Notes under the pieces: model-generated
The model's input: the letters and a program-made list of their open reading frames with translations, nothing else
The model's database searches: none
Told to the model about the DNA's origin: nothing
Program-made: the position numbers and the translations under genes
Shown here: positions 49,653 to 63,729 of the stretch, piece by piece
How positions within the stretch are numbered: the first letter of the stretch is position 1
Layout of the letters: each line of letters starts with the position of its first letter
From: Pavona decussata
Lineage: Eukaryota
Length of the DNA: 64,000 nt
NCBI GenBank assembly: GCA_977016875.1
Contig: CDRNST010000104.1
Location: 5,084,001-5,148,000 of the forward strand
Reading direction: 5' to 3'

Positions 49653-52600
49653 TTTAAATACTTCTACACTGAGCCGTATTTTTAGGACGTCTGACTAAAA
49701 AGGTAAAACTTGAACCCACGTCAGTGACGCTTCTCACTGTTATGAATGAGTTCAACACGGTAACAGAGATCAGGCTTGAACCACTAGCCTTCAAACTCGG
49801 ATGCCGGCTCTAACCACTTTTCACGCTACGGTTTAGTCTACCCTGAATACAAGGCAGATGGTTAAACAGCTGGAAAGAGCTCAAATCGCAGGCAAACGAC
49901 ACGAAAACTCGATATTGTCCATCCGACGTAACTCCTCAATGATCGTCTCGTTCCATTTTTACAGTAACTTAAGGTCCCTCAGTTTAATGATTGGCTGTAG
50001 TGAGGTGAATTTCTTGTATTATTCACTTCATATTCCACAAATTATTGAACTAGACCAAATTTAACCGGGATGAACAAGATAACCGCACACACTATATGTC
50101 GGCCACTATCTTACAATATATGAAAATGAATACGTTGCATCGATATAACAAAATTAAGAATGGAGCTGTTTTTATGCTAACGACAAATAGGAGGACGGAA
50201 ATAATTTCATGAAAACGATATTTTTTGGCGACCCTTGGTCTGCCTTATTGTCGTTCAGTGCTGAAATGACCGACGAGCCAAATTTGCCTTTCTTTGGATC
50301 GATTTTTCAGTTGATTATTATCCTTTTTAATTTCAGTTTTGCTTTTCTGTTGTTGTTTACTTTCTCAGTTATTCGACAGTTGAACGCTATAGATGGCATT
50401 TTATACCACCATTTAGTTACACCGATAACGACTAATCGAACAGATGGCGAACTTCTAACCACAAAATTAGAAAACGAGGTCTAGAAACGATGACAGAGAT
50501 TAACGTAGTGTTCATGGCACAAAGGAAGCTTACAATGTCGATGTTTTGAGGAAGCATAAGCATATAAGCAAAGAACAAACGAACATGTTGCTTATCTTGG
50601 TACGTTAAACCCGTTTTCAATATGTCAAAAGTATAGATTTTTTTAGCTTCCGCTAAAAATGTCGAATTTCTCTCTTGGTGTAAAAGCATGTCACCTGGCG
50701 TTATTCTTGGACTATTCGATATTTTTTGCCAAGAATCGGCTCCAATATAAGCTATTTACAACGTACAAAGAGGTAAAGAAATTTGAACATACCGTACCAA
50801 GCTCGATCACGAAGCTGTTTAGAATTCAAGACGTTAATGATAATACTAGCTAAGCAGTGTATTCCGCTTATTATAAGTGTTTTCACACCAACTGAGGCAG
50901 AAATGCTAATTCTAGTTTCAGCTACTTGAATATTACTTGGTATTTACGCAATCATGCAAAAGCGTTTTGAAAGTTACCGAGGGCCAATCATCTCGCAGAT
51001 TTTAGGCGCCATTTTGCTTTTGAGAGAAGAGGCTCTTGATTAAAAAACAATATATGTATTTAATCTAAGTAATTATAAGCTATTACCTGTTGTCACGAGA
51101 ATGCACAGAACTTTCACTTTTCAAAAATATGTATCCTATGATCCTCAAAAACCGATCACAGCTTTACTCACGATATGATTGAGTTTAACCCATCTTTGTT
51201 TGTTGCTGTGCGCAACATATTCTTTCGCCGTTTTTATCGATCTCTTACACCTGTTTTGTAGATAAAATTGTACAGTGTGTTTACTCTATTTCAAGCAAAT
51301 AGCTATAACGAAAATTACAATTAGAAAATTTAAATAGGAAAAATGAGGTGATGGAGAACTTCTCAGAGAAGTCGGAAAATTAAATCCCGCTTGTTAAAAT
51401 ATAAATATAGCTATCAATCAGTGTCAACTGAGTAGGACATGTTCACGATGGCCGTTTAACTTTTCATCCCACAGTGGTGTAATAGTATTGCGCAGATCAC
51501 AAGCAGGAATTGCGAGTGTAACGAATTTTTGTACAAGTAGTTTACATTTATAAACAGGTTATGTTCAAAATGCTACCAAACGCAAATAAAACCGACGCCC
51601 CTGACCTTGAAAAAAAAAATCAAAAGATAAAGATTCTGTGGTCGCATCCAAGCGTACAAGCCTTGTAGAATATTCGTTTACTATATTTTGACTTTCGAAA
51701 GATCAAAAATAGATTTATTTTGACAGTTAAATCGCATTCATTTGCATTAGAAAATTCGAGAGGCTTGAATTTTGTGGAACAGCTGCAACTGTAAATAATA
51801 TTTACTCTGGTTATCTTATGCTTCGCGCATCTTGAATTTTTCTTCCTTTAGCTCGACTGCCGGATACAGAGTTGCTGGTTTTCGTGAGAACACTTGAGGT
51901 TTGCAGTATCCAGTTCGTTACGCTCAGAAATACAATTTACAGCCGGTTTACAATTTCTATTTACAATGGCGTTAGTTGCTTTTCAGCTACACTGATGAAC
52001 GAAACTGAAAAAAAATTGATTTTGCAGACAAAAAAACCACTAGACACATTTAGTAAATAATGTTCAGAGACAAATAGAAAATATTGGCGGAACCCACTGG
52101 CAAAAATCTTAGTGGAAATATATTAATTTGAAGATGGAGGGCTAGCTGCAGATGTCAGTGTTTGCGGCTAGCTTTAGCATACACGCTCAAGAGGTTTTTT
52201 AAAACCGTCAATATTCGGAAGTGCTCAAATAGGAATATTTCAAAAAGGGGCTTCCATTTTGGCACACAAATACTTCGGCCTTTCAATATCATACCTTTCG
52301 TGGTTATCAACTGGTCTTGTGGTCTTTGGTATAAGGGACACTTTCCGCAAGAGTCAGCTCTCTGTTGAGCGATTGTGCGATTGCACTGAATTGTTTATGA
52401 CCTAACTGAAGGGAAACAAAACAGAGATGATCCCTGCTGTTGCTGTTATTGACCAGGCCTCGCCACTGGCTATAAGCACACAGGGGGTGACAGAGTTATC
52501 TATAATATCAGAACGACTCAGCGAACTACGATACAAAGAAGCAGAGCGTTTCAGGGGCTGCTATGGACAAATTTTGCTAGCAAAACTTTTCCCCTAATTT

Positions 52601-55162
52601 GACAATGGCAGGGCCGTGCATATGTCATAAGGGAACTTGCTGTTACTACACGGAACACATGCACAATACTTGCTTTGACAAATCTTTGTGCTTTTCTAGT
52701 ATAGTTTAAAGTATTCTTTATATATATATATTCTTTGTATATTAAAAACAAGAAAAAAACAATAACAACAAACAATGACAAGATAGCGATTGTCCTAATT
52801 AAAAAAAAAGGGGGAAGGAAAGAAAGAGAGAAAAAGAAAAGAAAAGATTCAATGCTAGTAACGTCTGTCGACGCATGCGCCAGTATATGGTCAATTATCT
52901 ACACTGAAACGGCCGGAAAACTACTCAGGCTCCTAATTGACTACATTATATCCTAGCAGAATACAGAATTGCAAGCTTATATGCATAGAATGGGATATTC
53001 CTATTTACTTGTTTTTCACCATTTTGTGGTTTATTCGCCGCTGTTTCTGTTGTCTATCGATCCCGCGATTGTCCCTAACATTTTCAAGTTCAATCCTATT
53101 AACCCTACTCAGCCTGGTCATTTTTTGACTTCCTAAACCTGAGAGAGATTCTACAGCTATGAAGCTACGTCAATGAAAACCCGAGGGGGATAGTACGTCC
53201 ACAATTGCTCCCTTAAGCGTCCTCAAAATTGGACGATGATGCAGTAATACGACGAGATGTCATTGAATCAGCACAGCCGCCATCTTGGATTTCTCGGTTT
53301 CTGCAAACCTCAGAGAACCGTTCGATTCATATTGGCTTAAAAATAATTACAACCAATAAAAAAATGCAAAAAGCGTTGAAAAATGTAAAAGTTAAGTTCG
53401 GCACACACGAGGGTATTAGTCGAAGCGACTTGTTACAGGGACTAGTTCCCCATTAGTGTTTACACGATGGAATGAGTCGCGGGGACTGAAGGGTTTACAC
53501 TGACGCGGGGACCTGTCACACCTAGAAATACCAAAATTTAGGGCGCTTTCACAGAAATTCGTTGAAACGTAGAGACGAAAAATCATCCGTCTTACACAAT
53601 GAAACCTAATTTACTGAATTAACCGCAAAACATTGAAATAAATCAGCTCAAAAAAACCAGGTTTACTGGAAAAAAGTGAAAGATTCAGTTAGATTTTGAT
53701 ACAGGACTGTCGGTCACGCAATGTTTGCAGCGGAAACATTTGGCGGGAACTCATAATGCTGATCAGCGATTGGTTTATTTTTTATTTGGTCGCTGGGACT
53801 TGTCCCATGAACAGTTGACACGAAGGGACAAGTACAATTTCAGGGAACACGTCCCTGGGATTTGTCCCACGAATTCAAACCAGTTTGGTTTCTTGGAACT
53901 AGCCGTAGGCATGTTTCTCGCGTTTTCGCTACTATGTTTACTTCCTGTGTACAGTTAAAGGCGGGACACGTTTTCCCCACATAAATAAGGTAGAAATAAT
54001 TCGCCTTTGCGTAAACAGAGCCTGAATATATCTCAAACAAACAAAACTGATCAGTTTTGCAGAGATTTGAGGCCTTTTTAGAAGAATACCTTCAATGTCA
54101 CAGTCGGTATATATAAAGAGGCACGGACTACGGACAAAGGAATGGGTATAAAGTGAAATTGTTTTGTTAATGATGATCATAAGAAACTATAGTCACCCTC
54201 GAATTTATGCTGTAGCACTTATGGCTAATTTCTTCGGGCAGACTTAATAGCAACACTACAAAATAAATAAAAATTACAGAGATTTCTTACGACAAAAAGT
54301 TACAAATAATTTCTAGATAAATATTTATACAGTAATTTTATACGACAGATTAAGTTGACGGAAGTAATTGTGTCAGGAAGTGCGTTTCAGCATTTAGCTG
54401 GTAAAGGAGTAAAGGCCATAAGTAGTTGTCGATACTCTGGGAAGGGATCAAATATCACTGCCTCTGAAAGAGTAAGTATTGAGGCCATTCTGCTCATGGA
54501 TTTCTTGATACGAAAGGCTAACAATGTGCTCGCTATGTTTTTGAGACAAACGTTGAGTAACCAGTTTCAGTCAAGTGAATAGGAGTGCCAAAGACCGGGC
54601 CCGTAGAACAATGTGATGATATGCGGAAATAGGCCCGCAGTAAACCGGGAAGTAGGCCTTTCAGAAATATATATTTAATTAATATTCTTCTCGGCCTCAA
54701 TCAAGCTTGTTACTTTCAAATAGTTGGAATGAGATACGGATTTAAAGGAACTCCTCCCAACAAAATGGTTTCGAACCGAACTATACTTAGTTTTTCACAT
54801 ACTTTTAAGGTATGTAAATTGGCGATTATGCGGATGATTTTACAGACGGGTGTTTCAGCTTAGCTGAAAACTTGCCAAATTACCTCAAGATGATACTTAA
54901 AAATCTATCAAAGATGGATTTTAGAATCACGAAAGCTTTAAACCTGAAATGGTGATCTGGCTTGTAGGTGACATGGTTTACTTATGAACTTGTTTATAAA
55001 ATGCAAAGAGCCTTGGGTAAAGGCCATTTATTGCGAAAGATCGCTGGGGCTGACAGCTTATAGTCACGACTGAATATACTTTGGTGTCTGTTTATAAGGA
55101 AATAGTGTAACCATATAGCGCTCCCATTTTTTTTGTGTGTGTTTTCGCTGCTGTGTTTACTT

Positions 55163-55800
55163 AATTTACTTATTTATTTATTTTGCCATACCACAAATAC
55201 AATGTAAACAAAAAAAAAAAAAAGAGAAAAAGATAGATGTAACAATGGCGAGGAGACCTAGAGGAAACTATGAAGCTTATATTAATTAGGTCTCCTCCGT
55301 TTTATTTTACAAGATGAAGTCAAAAAAGAAGATAAGAGCACGACTACGGATACAATTACAATTTCATACAACTACAATGTCAAACGGAAGGATATATTAC
55401 GAAAGGAAAAGCTACAAGAAAATGAAAACTACCAATAGTTATTATAGAAAAACACCTTAACTGCTTTCTTAAAGGAGATAGAGGAGGACGAGTCGACGAT
55501 TTCGGTACAAGAGGAGCTGTAAAATTTAGGTCCCTGGTAAAAAACGGAAAATTGTTTGATGTTAGTTCGACAAAGAGGCAAACGATATAAATGAGAGTTT
55601 CTTGTATGATACGAATGAATTTCTTTCTGTAAGGTGAATTTACTGTCAAATTTTAAAGGAAGGGTACGGTTTTGGTAAGAGTACTTGAATAAACCTAATT
55701 GAAATAGGTGTATGTCATGAAATTTTAAAATACTAAAGATTGAATCAGTATGTGCATAGAAATGGCTTTTAGCTATAGTTCTCACTACTCGTTTCTGAAA
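55163..55800 (-). mobile_element. 5'-truncated CR1/L2-group LINE (ORF2 C-terminus, 3' UTR and tail)
   Basis: ORF 55785-55429 RTIAKSHFYAHTD..HSYHTRNSHLYRLPLCRTNIKQFSVFYQGPKFY matches the post-RT C-terminal pattern; (TAAA)n tail. Confidence 0.8.
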
Positions 55801-58800
55801 AATTTCGCATTGAACCGGGAACTACGCGTTTCAGAGATATATATTACGTTTGTGATCTCTTGGTGTTGATTTGTATTGACATTCTTCCAAATTTTGAATG
55901 TGAACTACGAGGTCACGATCTGGTTGAGAACAGGAAGGGATCGAATCCTATCGAGCTTCTCTCCTCTCCCCCTTTAAAATCTTACACCACATAGAAACTG
56001 ATGGGGAAAAATACCAAAAATATCATAACATTTTCATCTTTAATATTTCCTAATCCGGCCTGGCTTGGGACGAAAATGTAACTTTGAATCCTTTAGCTTT
56101 TCAAAACTAAAATTGCTTTCATGATCACGGTTAACAAACAGATTTTATGCTCGCTTATTTAGAGCGATCTTACTATAATGGACAAAATGCAAAGGCTAGC
56201 TGCTTTGTGATCTTTAGCACGTGCCTACATTGCTAGAAAATATTAGCTCTGTTGCCCATTTTTCAAAATTAAACTCCTGAAGATTATGTGGGCCTAAAAA
56301 GTAATTTTTGAAATCAGCTGACTATCGATTAGTGGTATTTTTTAATGCAAACTAGACCAGTGTGTTTCTTGATATTGTAACGTTTTCAACGTCTTTGCTT
56401 TCAAAATGATTAAAAATCGAACTTCCTGTTATGAACATTGTCAAGTAAAATAGTTTTTCGCGCAGGAAGTGTGAGAGACGTACCCTTGTCCCTCGTTTTA
56501 TTCCCCGTCTGCATTTTATGCCCAGATATTGAGTCCACAGCGCGTGACTAATGCGTGGTCCACAGTCCGTAGTCCATATGTTAAATATGATCGTCTATCG
56601 TTCTGCGGTTGTTACAGACAGTAACCCACTTTGAAGAAAGAAATGCTGCTTTCAGTCAAAGAGCGACATAAATTTTAGAGCTTATTAGTCTCTAGCCTTG
56701 GATAGAACATGTTAACCTCATGCCACGCCAAGTAAGATCGAAAGAAAAGCAGGAAGTAAACACGACTTTGGTTCTGGCCGGCTGGTACACAAGACGATTT
56801 TTTGCCGCCATAAAACATTGCTGTAAACCTCAATGCTTCGAAATGATAAACGCGTCGAAGTTAGTGCAAACAGCGTATCTGAATAAACAAGATCCTAGTT
56901 TGCAAGCAAAAATTCCTGAGGCTACGAGAGACTGCAGTGACTTAAACTTTGGTCAAGCGATGAATTGATTCATGCCGACCCGACTTTACTGTTCAACTTA
57001 CCTGCTGGATTATGGGATAATCAAGTCTTGCTTTTTCTCGAGAATATTGCCTGATTGGGTATGCGTGCCGATAACGAATTAAATTAATATTGTCCTCGGT
57101 AAATAGCTCTGAAAACAAAGGACACGACCGCAGTGCCTTAATTTTCTTTTCAGTGAGACATCTATCAATATCAAATGTCAATGTGTCACATGAGTGAGTA
57201 ATGAAATGATTAAGTTTCCCACGGCATTTTTGTTTGCTTCAATTGTGCAGAATACAAAGGCGAAAGGTAATTAAGAGCTGTTAAAGGCCCACCATTTACA
57301 CTTCACTGACTGGAAGTTAGTAAAACAGGCCCGGACGTGAAGGCTGATGACTGTTGCATAAAGCGAAAATCAAAGTTTAAAAAGCTACTAGCAGCTGTCG
57401 GGCGACTCCTTTGGAATTTAAGGAATTCATGTCAGCTTCGAAAATTTTAAAAACCTTCAAGGAATGTCGCATCTGAAGTTTCAGCAGTTTCTAACTAAAT
57501 GCAGGCTAAATATAGCCATTTTAATGGGCCAGGTTAATAGTCTTAATAGTTGAGATGCACAGGAGGAAAGAGAGATAATCCACATTGCAATCGAACCTCT
57601 ATATCCAGATTTCTCGATTATTCCGACCCCTCTCTCTTGTCAATTTTTCTTGTAGTTCGTGAATATTAATTCGCTATAATCACGGACTTTTAAGTACTCT
57701 TTCAGCTGGACTTTCAGTTTGCGATGATACTATAGCTGTTATAGAAAATCTCGAATCAAGAAAGATTCTTCGAACATTTTTTCACAGTTCATTTAGATTG
57801 TATTAAGCTTGGGTTGCTTGTATAATTTTTTGTTTCTCACGGTTTACTATTTATCACTGATATTGATATTTTCGATTATCGGGGTTTGCACTGTGCTTTT
57901 AGGGTTTGCAAATGCTGGATTTTAATTCTTCCAAGCTATTTGGAATGATCACCAAAATGTTACATGCATTTTAATACGTGTAATATATAACTTCAAGGCT
58001 TAATGTAACACGATGAGTGAACTATGTGCAAGGAAACGAGAAATTAAGTGCATCGGAACGTTTCACATTATATTCATAGTAGATTGAACAAAAAAATCTA
58101 ACCAAAGCAAATTCCTGTAAGCTTGATTGTTAAACGTTCGTCCAAAAAATCTTTTCATTAGATGACGATGATATCTTTAAAAAAATTTCGAATTTTCTAC
58201 CAGTACCTAGGTAGGAATTAAACCCGTTTTGGCCCGCCATTTCAACTGGGAACGAGCAATGAGTTACAAAAAACAATTTTTTTTTTTACAAAAACTACAG
58301 AAAGATGTCATTGTCGTGAAAACAAACGTCCTCCTGAAATATTGTTGATCGTTCTATCTGGAGACATTCTTAGTTGGTAAAGTTCAGTGTCGTTTCCTGT
58401 GCAAAACATAATCAATTTACTCCACTGACTTTTGATCAACTGCCAAACCTGGAAAAAAATTGGTGTGTATTTGTGACTAGCGCGTGGATTTTACAACTAT
58501 AAAGGACCAAGAAGGGTGCACTTTAACGCTAATGATGAACTTTGTTGGGTCACACATTGGTTTTTTGATAAACATGGACTATGGAGGAAACTTGTCGGCA
58601 ATTCATAATAACGTGGAAACTTACGTCATTAGAAAGTTGGTGGATGACAAAAGTTGAGAGAAAAAAATTAATTTGTTGTGACTGGCGCGTGGATAAGTTC
58701 AAGGCGTACATTGATGGGGAGACTTAGAATACTAGCTTGGAGAGAGATTTTGTGAGTGCCGTTCGTTGTTTGGAGTGTTCAGGATCTTAGTAGGATCACT

Positions 58801-59076
58801 AAACGTCTAGGCAGGTATATTAACCACTGGAATAATGAATCGTATTTTATGTGACACTCATCTGCCTGTTCCCCATGTAATCTCTGACGATTTCTCAAAT
58901 TTTGAAGTCGGCATTTTCACTAGTTATGTCCCTAGGGATCTCGCCGTGTCTGAAAACTCCCATGGGAACCTAAAAAGTGTCTCATGGGACGTTTTCGGAC
59001 ACACTGATTCGATTAGAAGCTTTTAAAAGAATATTTGTATTACCTCCAAAAATCGACTTGTTTGCAAGGAGTAAGT

Positions 59077-59205
59077 GAGGGTAAAAGGAGGAATGAGTTT
59101 GCGGAATGGTATGTGGAATGACGTGCGGAATGGCATAATTATGCAAAATACGAGTTGCGGAATGACATAATTATGCGAGATACGATTTATGCATAATGAC
59201 TCACA
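59077..59205 (+). repeat. Candidate DNA-transposon terminus with GCGGAATG and CATAATTATG subterminal repeats
   Basis: Several GGAATG/GCGGAATG copies and two CATAATTATG palindromes in 130 bp, upstream of the CpG-poor block holding the MULE-like exons. No partner end in the window. Confidence 0.4.
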
Positions 59206-60448
59206 GAAATACATTAAACTGAAAATTGCACCTATTTGCTACAGAAGCGGTCTGATCAATACTGCGGGCTCAAAACGACAGCTGTTGCACGAGGGGCATG
59301 GCGGAACGCATGATGGAGGAAATTTCTTCCTGTAGCGGTAAGCTTTCTGCATTTTTCTCGCTTTATCCCTTCCATCCTGTGTAATATATAAGCATTGACA
59401 GCATATATTTCGTTTTGTTGCAATATTTAATTCGTATTTGGTGTTTTGGGCAAAATTTCTGCCCACCATTCTAATTCAGTCACATGTTTTACACGTCAGT
59501 CAAAATGATGATACTGTATTTTAATTTCAGACGAGGAAAAGATGCTGTTAAAGTGCCCATTTGAAAGGTGAAAATGGCTTATAACTTGATACACTATATT
59601 AGATATGTTTAAGATTGATAGTGCTAGAAAAGTTTAATTCTCAAACTCGTAGGAATCGATCGTGATGCGAGGGGCGCCTCTTTGGATGAGTAACAACGGG
59701 ACTTCTTCCCGAGGGAAATGGAACCCTTTTTACACCGTCAATGATACATTTTGAAACGCGAAAGACAAAGAATATCAAAAGGCTCTCTCGCAGAGAATAT
59801 TTGGGTAAAAAGGTAGAGGCTTCTTCAGGATATCTTGCACTTTTTTCTTGTTTGATTGGATACTTTCAGAGCTTCTTTTGATAGATGCGCTTTAAGATGG
59901 CTGGTCACTTTTTATTGCACCAGTGTGAAATGACATGTATTCATCGAACTGACTCACATTCTCCCAGCTATCAGTCCTTTACAGTTTTTTAGTGTAACAT
60001 TTGTAAGTAAGACTTTAGGTTTTTTAGTCGTTTTAGTGGCAATGTATAGTTTTGTTAGCTTAACGGTAGCTTTCATGCACATTTGAATAATTTTAGTATG
60101 TTAACTTTTACACAAAACCTAACCTAGGGAGTACATATACAATTAAATTGTATGCCATAATTTTACCACATAAATATACATAAAATTAATGACATTTCTG
60201 ATTATATAGAGACCCTTATCCTCATGGAACCACTTGAAATGAGACTGATGACATTGTGCAGAACACTTTTTTAATCCAGTGATGGCAAAGTGTGACACTT
60301 GTAGGATGTGGTCAGATGACAAAGTCACAAGTACCACACACGCTGCTCTGGTAAACTTGCAGCCATTAGCGGGCACTAATTGGAAACATTGGTATTAGGT
60401 GCTACCCCGTCAGTACCCCTTAATAGTTACCTTAAGAAAAAATACTGA

Positions 60449-60528
60449 CCCTGAGTGCGATGAATAACAGCTGTTTTGCCTTTATTAAGCCTCATCAGCA
60501 CGTCATTTATGGTACTTGGCACTATTTT
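60449..60528 (-). ncRNA. Degenerate type I hammerhead ribozyme motif (retrozyme-like remnant), probably inactive
   Basis: Minus strand: GACGTG CTGATGA GGCTT-AATA-AAGGC AAAA CAGCTG TT; palindromic stem III ACAGCTGT; core GAAA appears as AAAA. Confidence 0.5.
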
Positions 60529-62430
60529 AATCCCACTGTAGCTTGGACCTGAATCTAACAAACAATTTCCTTTGAAATGTAGGGGATGAATGGGCCCTGT
60601 GTGCCCTTTTCCAATGGCTCTGATTGTATTGGTTTTTTTCCCATAGGAGTCCTAGTGCTTCTCCAAAAAAAAAAGAAGTGAGTAGCCATTTTCTTTGTTC
60701 CTTGTAATGGTTTTTGGATTCCAAGAGGGGAGATCCATACTTTTTGTTTGAGTCCAGCCGACAAGAATTTAACTTGTTATTAAATTTGTACATACATACA
60801 ACAATCTATGGAAACCTGTATGTACATTTATATCAGACATGTATATGCCTTACATGGGAACAAGCAATGCTTGAATGTTCAAATCTGTTCCATGGTTGTA
60901 CCCGGAATCTGCATGACTGGCATTGCTTTGGCATGGTTGTAAAATACAAGGCATCCTCCCTCCCCCCCCCCCCCCCTATTAATCTCAAGTTGTTTCTTTT
61001 CTTTGAGAAACAGACTTTAAGATACGTGCTGGTTTCAGAGGAAATCATGTTTTAAAAAAGTGTCCTAAAAACAATAACTTTTATTTCAGGTAAATTGGTA
61101 GAGTTGACATTGGTTTGCTTTTTTCCATTGACAACTTTTATGGGTCCACATAGACTTTTTTATTTTCTTAAATGACTCCCCCCTCCCCACCCCTACCTCA
61201 TCAAAGCCATTTTTTACTTGTGCTTTTCCTCTCCAATTCCTCCAAACCCTTATCATAATTTGATCAGTCTATGTGATTATCATGTACCTCTTTCAGCATT
61301 TTTCCTCTTAATAACAAACAATATAAATTTACTTCCTTCTTAGGGGGGAGGGGTCAAGAATGGTGTAAAATGATAAAACGCTATGGGTCTTATAACTTGG
61401 AGAGAAAAGAGGGAGGGGTAATTAGGTACAGGCTCCCTGGGTTCCTACTTTAGATCCAGCATTGAACATATTTGATTATCTTACATGTTCAGGCAAAGAT
61501 ATCAAGATGTGGTTTTTATCAAAACAAAAGTGGAGGTGAGTTTGTAAATGTTTATTTCTAGATTTTTCGTACACAAATTTCCATTTTAAGGGTAGGTTAA
61601 TGGTTATTTATGGGTCTATCAATGTAGCATATGTACTTATTAGTCACCACTTTTTACGTATAAAATAAGACAAACCTCCTGGTGGTCCAAGAAAAATACA
61701 TGTTGTCTCAGGTCCAGTGTACACTACTTAACATGATATGTAAAGCATGAAAACGAACACCCCATATCCCCAAAAGCTCATGAATATATTATTTAGTAAT
61801 ATGCTTTTTACTTTTTAAAGGAGCCCTCAACTAGCTTTGAAGTAGACTCAGGAGGGAAGAAAAATCAAGAATTAAATCCAAGGTGTGTGCATGTGCAAAT
61901 TATGCTTTAGAGATCATATGGGCATGTTGTTGTTGGTTCTAGTTCTTCAACTTTATGCCCTTATTTATTTTGTTTTTCATTCGATGGGGAACGTTAGGGC
62001 CACAGATTGGTCAAGCATTAAGTACCATCCACAATAAACAGCTGAAATTTGATGACATCTATATTTTTATTGATTTATTTACAATAAATTATGTTCCCAC
62101 ATTCAGAAACAGATTTTATTCCATATAAAAACCCTGTCACTTTGATTATACAGTAAATTACTGGAAAATGCTACAGATCCTTTTATGGCTTGGGGTATTA
62201 TAACCACATGCATTTTGTATTTTAAATTATTATGACTAGGAGGGTTGGGGTTGGGGCAGGGGTCCCCTCCCCTGGCTTGGGAAATTTTAATTTTTGTTTT
62301 TAGTTTGGCAAGAGAAGTAAAATTGGGCAACTACTACCCGAATACGAGTTATCTGCTACTAATGCATTTTGCCCTTACTTGTATTGACTCTTTCATTCTC
62401 TTATCTTATAGTGTAAAAAGCCTATCACAG

Positions 62431-63729
62431 ACACAAGTGTGATATTATTGACCTGTGTTGCTCATCCAGTGATGAAGAAAGTCCAGCAATCCAGTCACTT
62501 AGCCTGACTTCAGATGACATACAACATGTCAAAAGTACACAAACAGACAGTAGTTCATCATCTGATGAGGAAGTAGAGTATTACGGTGGAAATGTAGCCC
62601 TACCTATTTTTAAAACTGGGTTTAAAGGGAATTCCCTTACTGCTTTGGACATTGCACAGCAACTCCTCTGGACAGACAAAAGTGAAGTCATCTGCCATAC
62701 AGTTCCAACAAGCATACAAGATGACGTGGTCTTCCTGGTTAACAGTGCATCATTTGACAATGTTGACGATTTGAAATGCGATGACCTTGGTGTCTGGAGA
62801 GCAAATAGAGTCCAATCTGACTTTTTTCATGTCTATGGGTGAGTTGATAATTCTGCGACTGCCAATTAATGCATTGTTCAGAGGTATTTAAGTATGTGAA
62901 AAAGAAAAGAATGCCTGGGATATTACCCAAACATGTACATCCTATCCAAGGGAAAGTTGCAATATTATTATCATTAGACTCCGAGCTGCTTCAACTTGGT
63001 AGTAAGTCAAGTCAAGTCAACTTTATTGTGTAGGTAGTAAAATTGGGTTTTCTTAGTTCCTTTCTCTTACCTTACTTTACCTGAATGATAAGTCAGGATT
63101 TGGTTTTTGTCCTATCAACTGGTGGTTTTTTTTGAAAAAGTCAAAAAACCCATATGCAATGGCAAAAAATGTGCAGCAAAATTAAATAATATAATAATGT
63201 ATTTGCATTAATTTTCACATAATTTATCCTTTTTTTTATAAAAATAATAGGCAGTTAGAGGAAATTGAAAAGCCAATGCATTTTGATGAGATAATTAGTT
63301 TTGGTGGAACATATTGAAATATCAAGATAAACAACTGTCTTCAGTATAAATTTGTAATGTTCAAAAGCTAATTTTGTGTACACTCAAAAATTTCTATACG
63401 TCTGTACAATTAATAATTCAAATTCTATTTATGACAGACATTTTTCCTTGCTTTTCACACTAGCATCTAAACTAAGCAATCAAGTCACAAATTATATAAT
63501 ATTTTAAATTTTGATAAAATGTTTCCACAGACTGGAGTTTCCTTTCTATTCACATGTAAGCCAATTACACTGTAGCCCAATTGTTACTTTGTTTGTTTCA
63601 GGAGCTCCATCTTAAGAAGTACAAAAGACAATTATGACAGTAAAAGAAATGGACACATTGTGCTGAAAAGAAAGTACTACTACAATAAGAGCTCTCCAGA
63701 TTTCAAAAAACGGATTGACTGCATTTTAG
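62431..63729 (+). CDS. Partial spliced ORF (two internal exons) resembling the N-terminal region of invertebrate Mutator/MULE-like transposase proteins; probably continues beyond the window
   Basis: Exon ~62431-62838 (donor GG|GTGAGT) joins in frame to 63602-63729 (acceptor tttgtttcag, donor G|GTAAC), giving ...FLVNSASFDNVDDLKCDDLGVWRANR...VLKRKYYYNKSSPDFKKRIDCIL. The DDxGxW...RxY...PDF pattern is recalled from MULE-associated proteins; the assignment is unverified. Confidence 0.55.

Noticed and set aside
57343-57372. CTGATGA..GAAA as a hammerhead
   Set aside because: No pairing stem II or stem III could be built.
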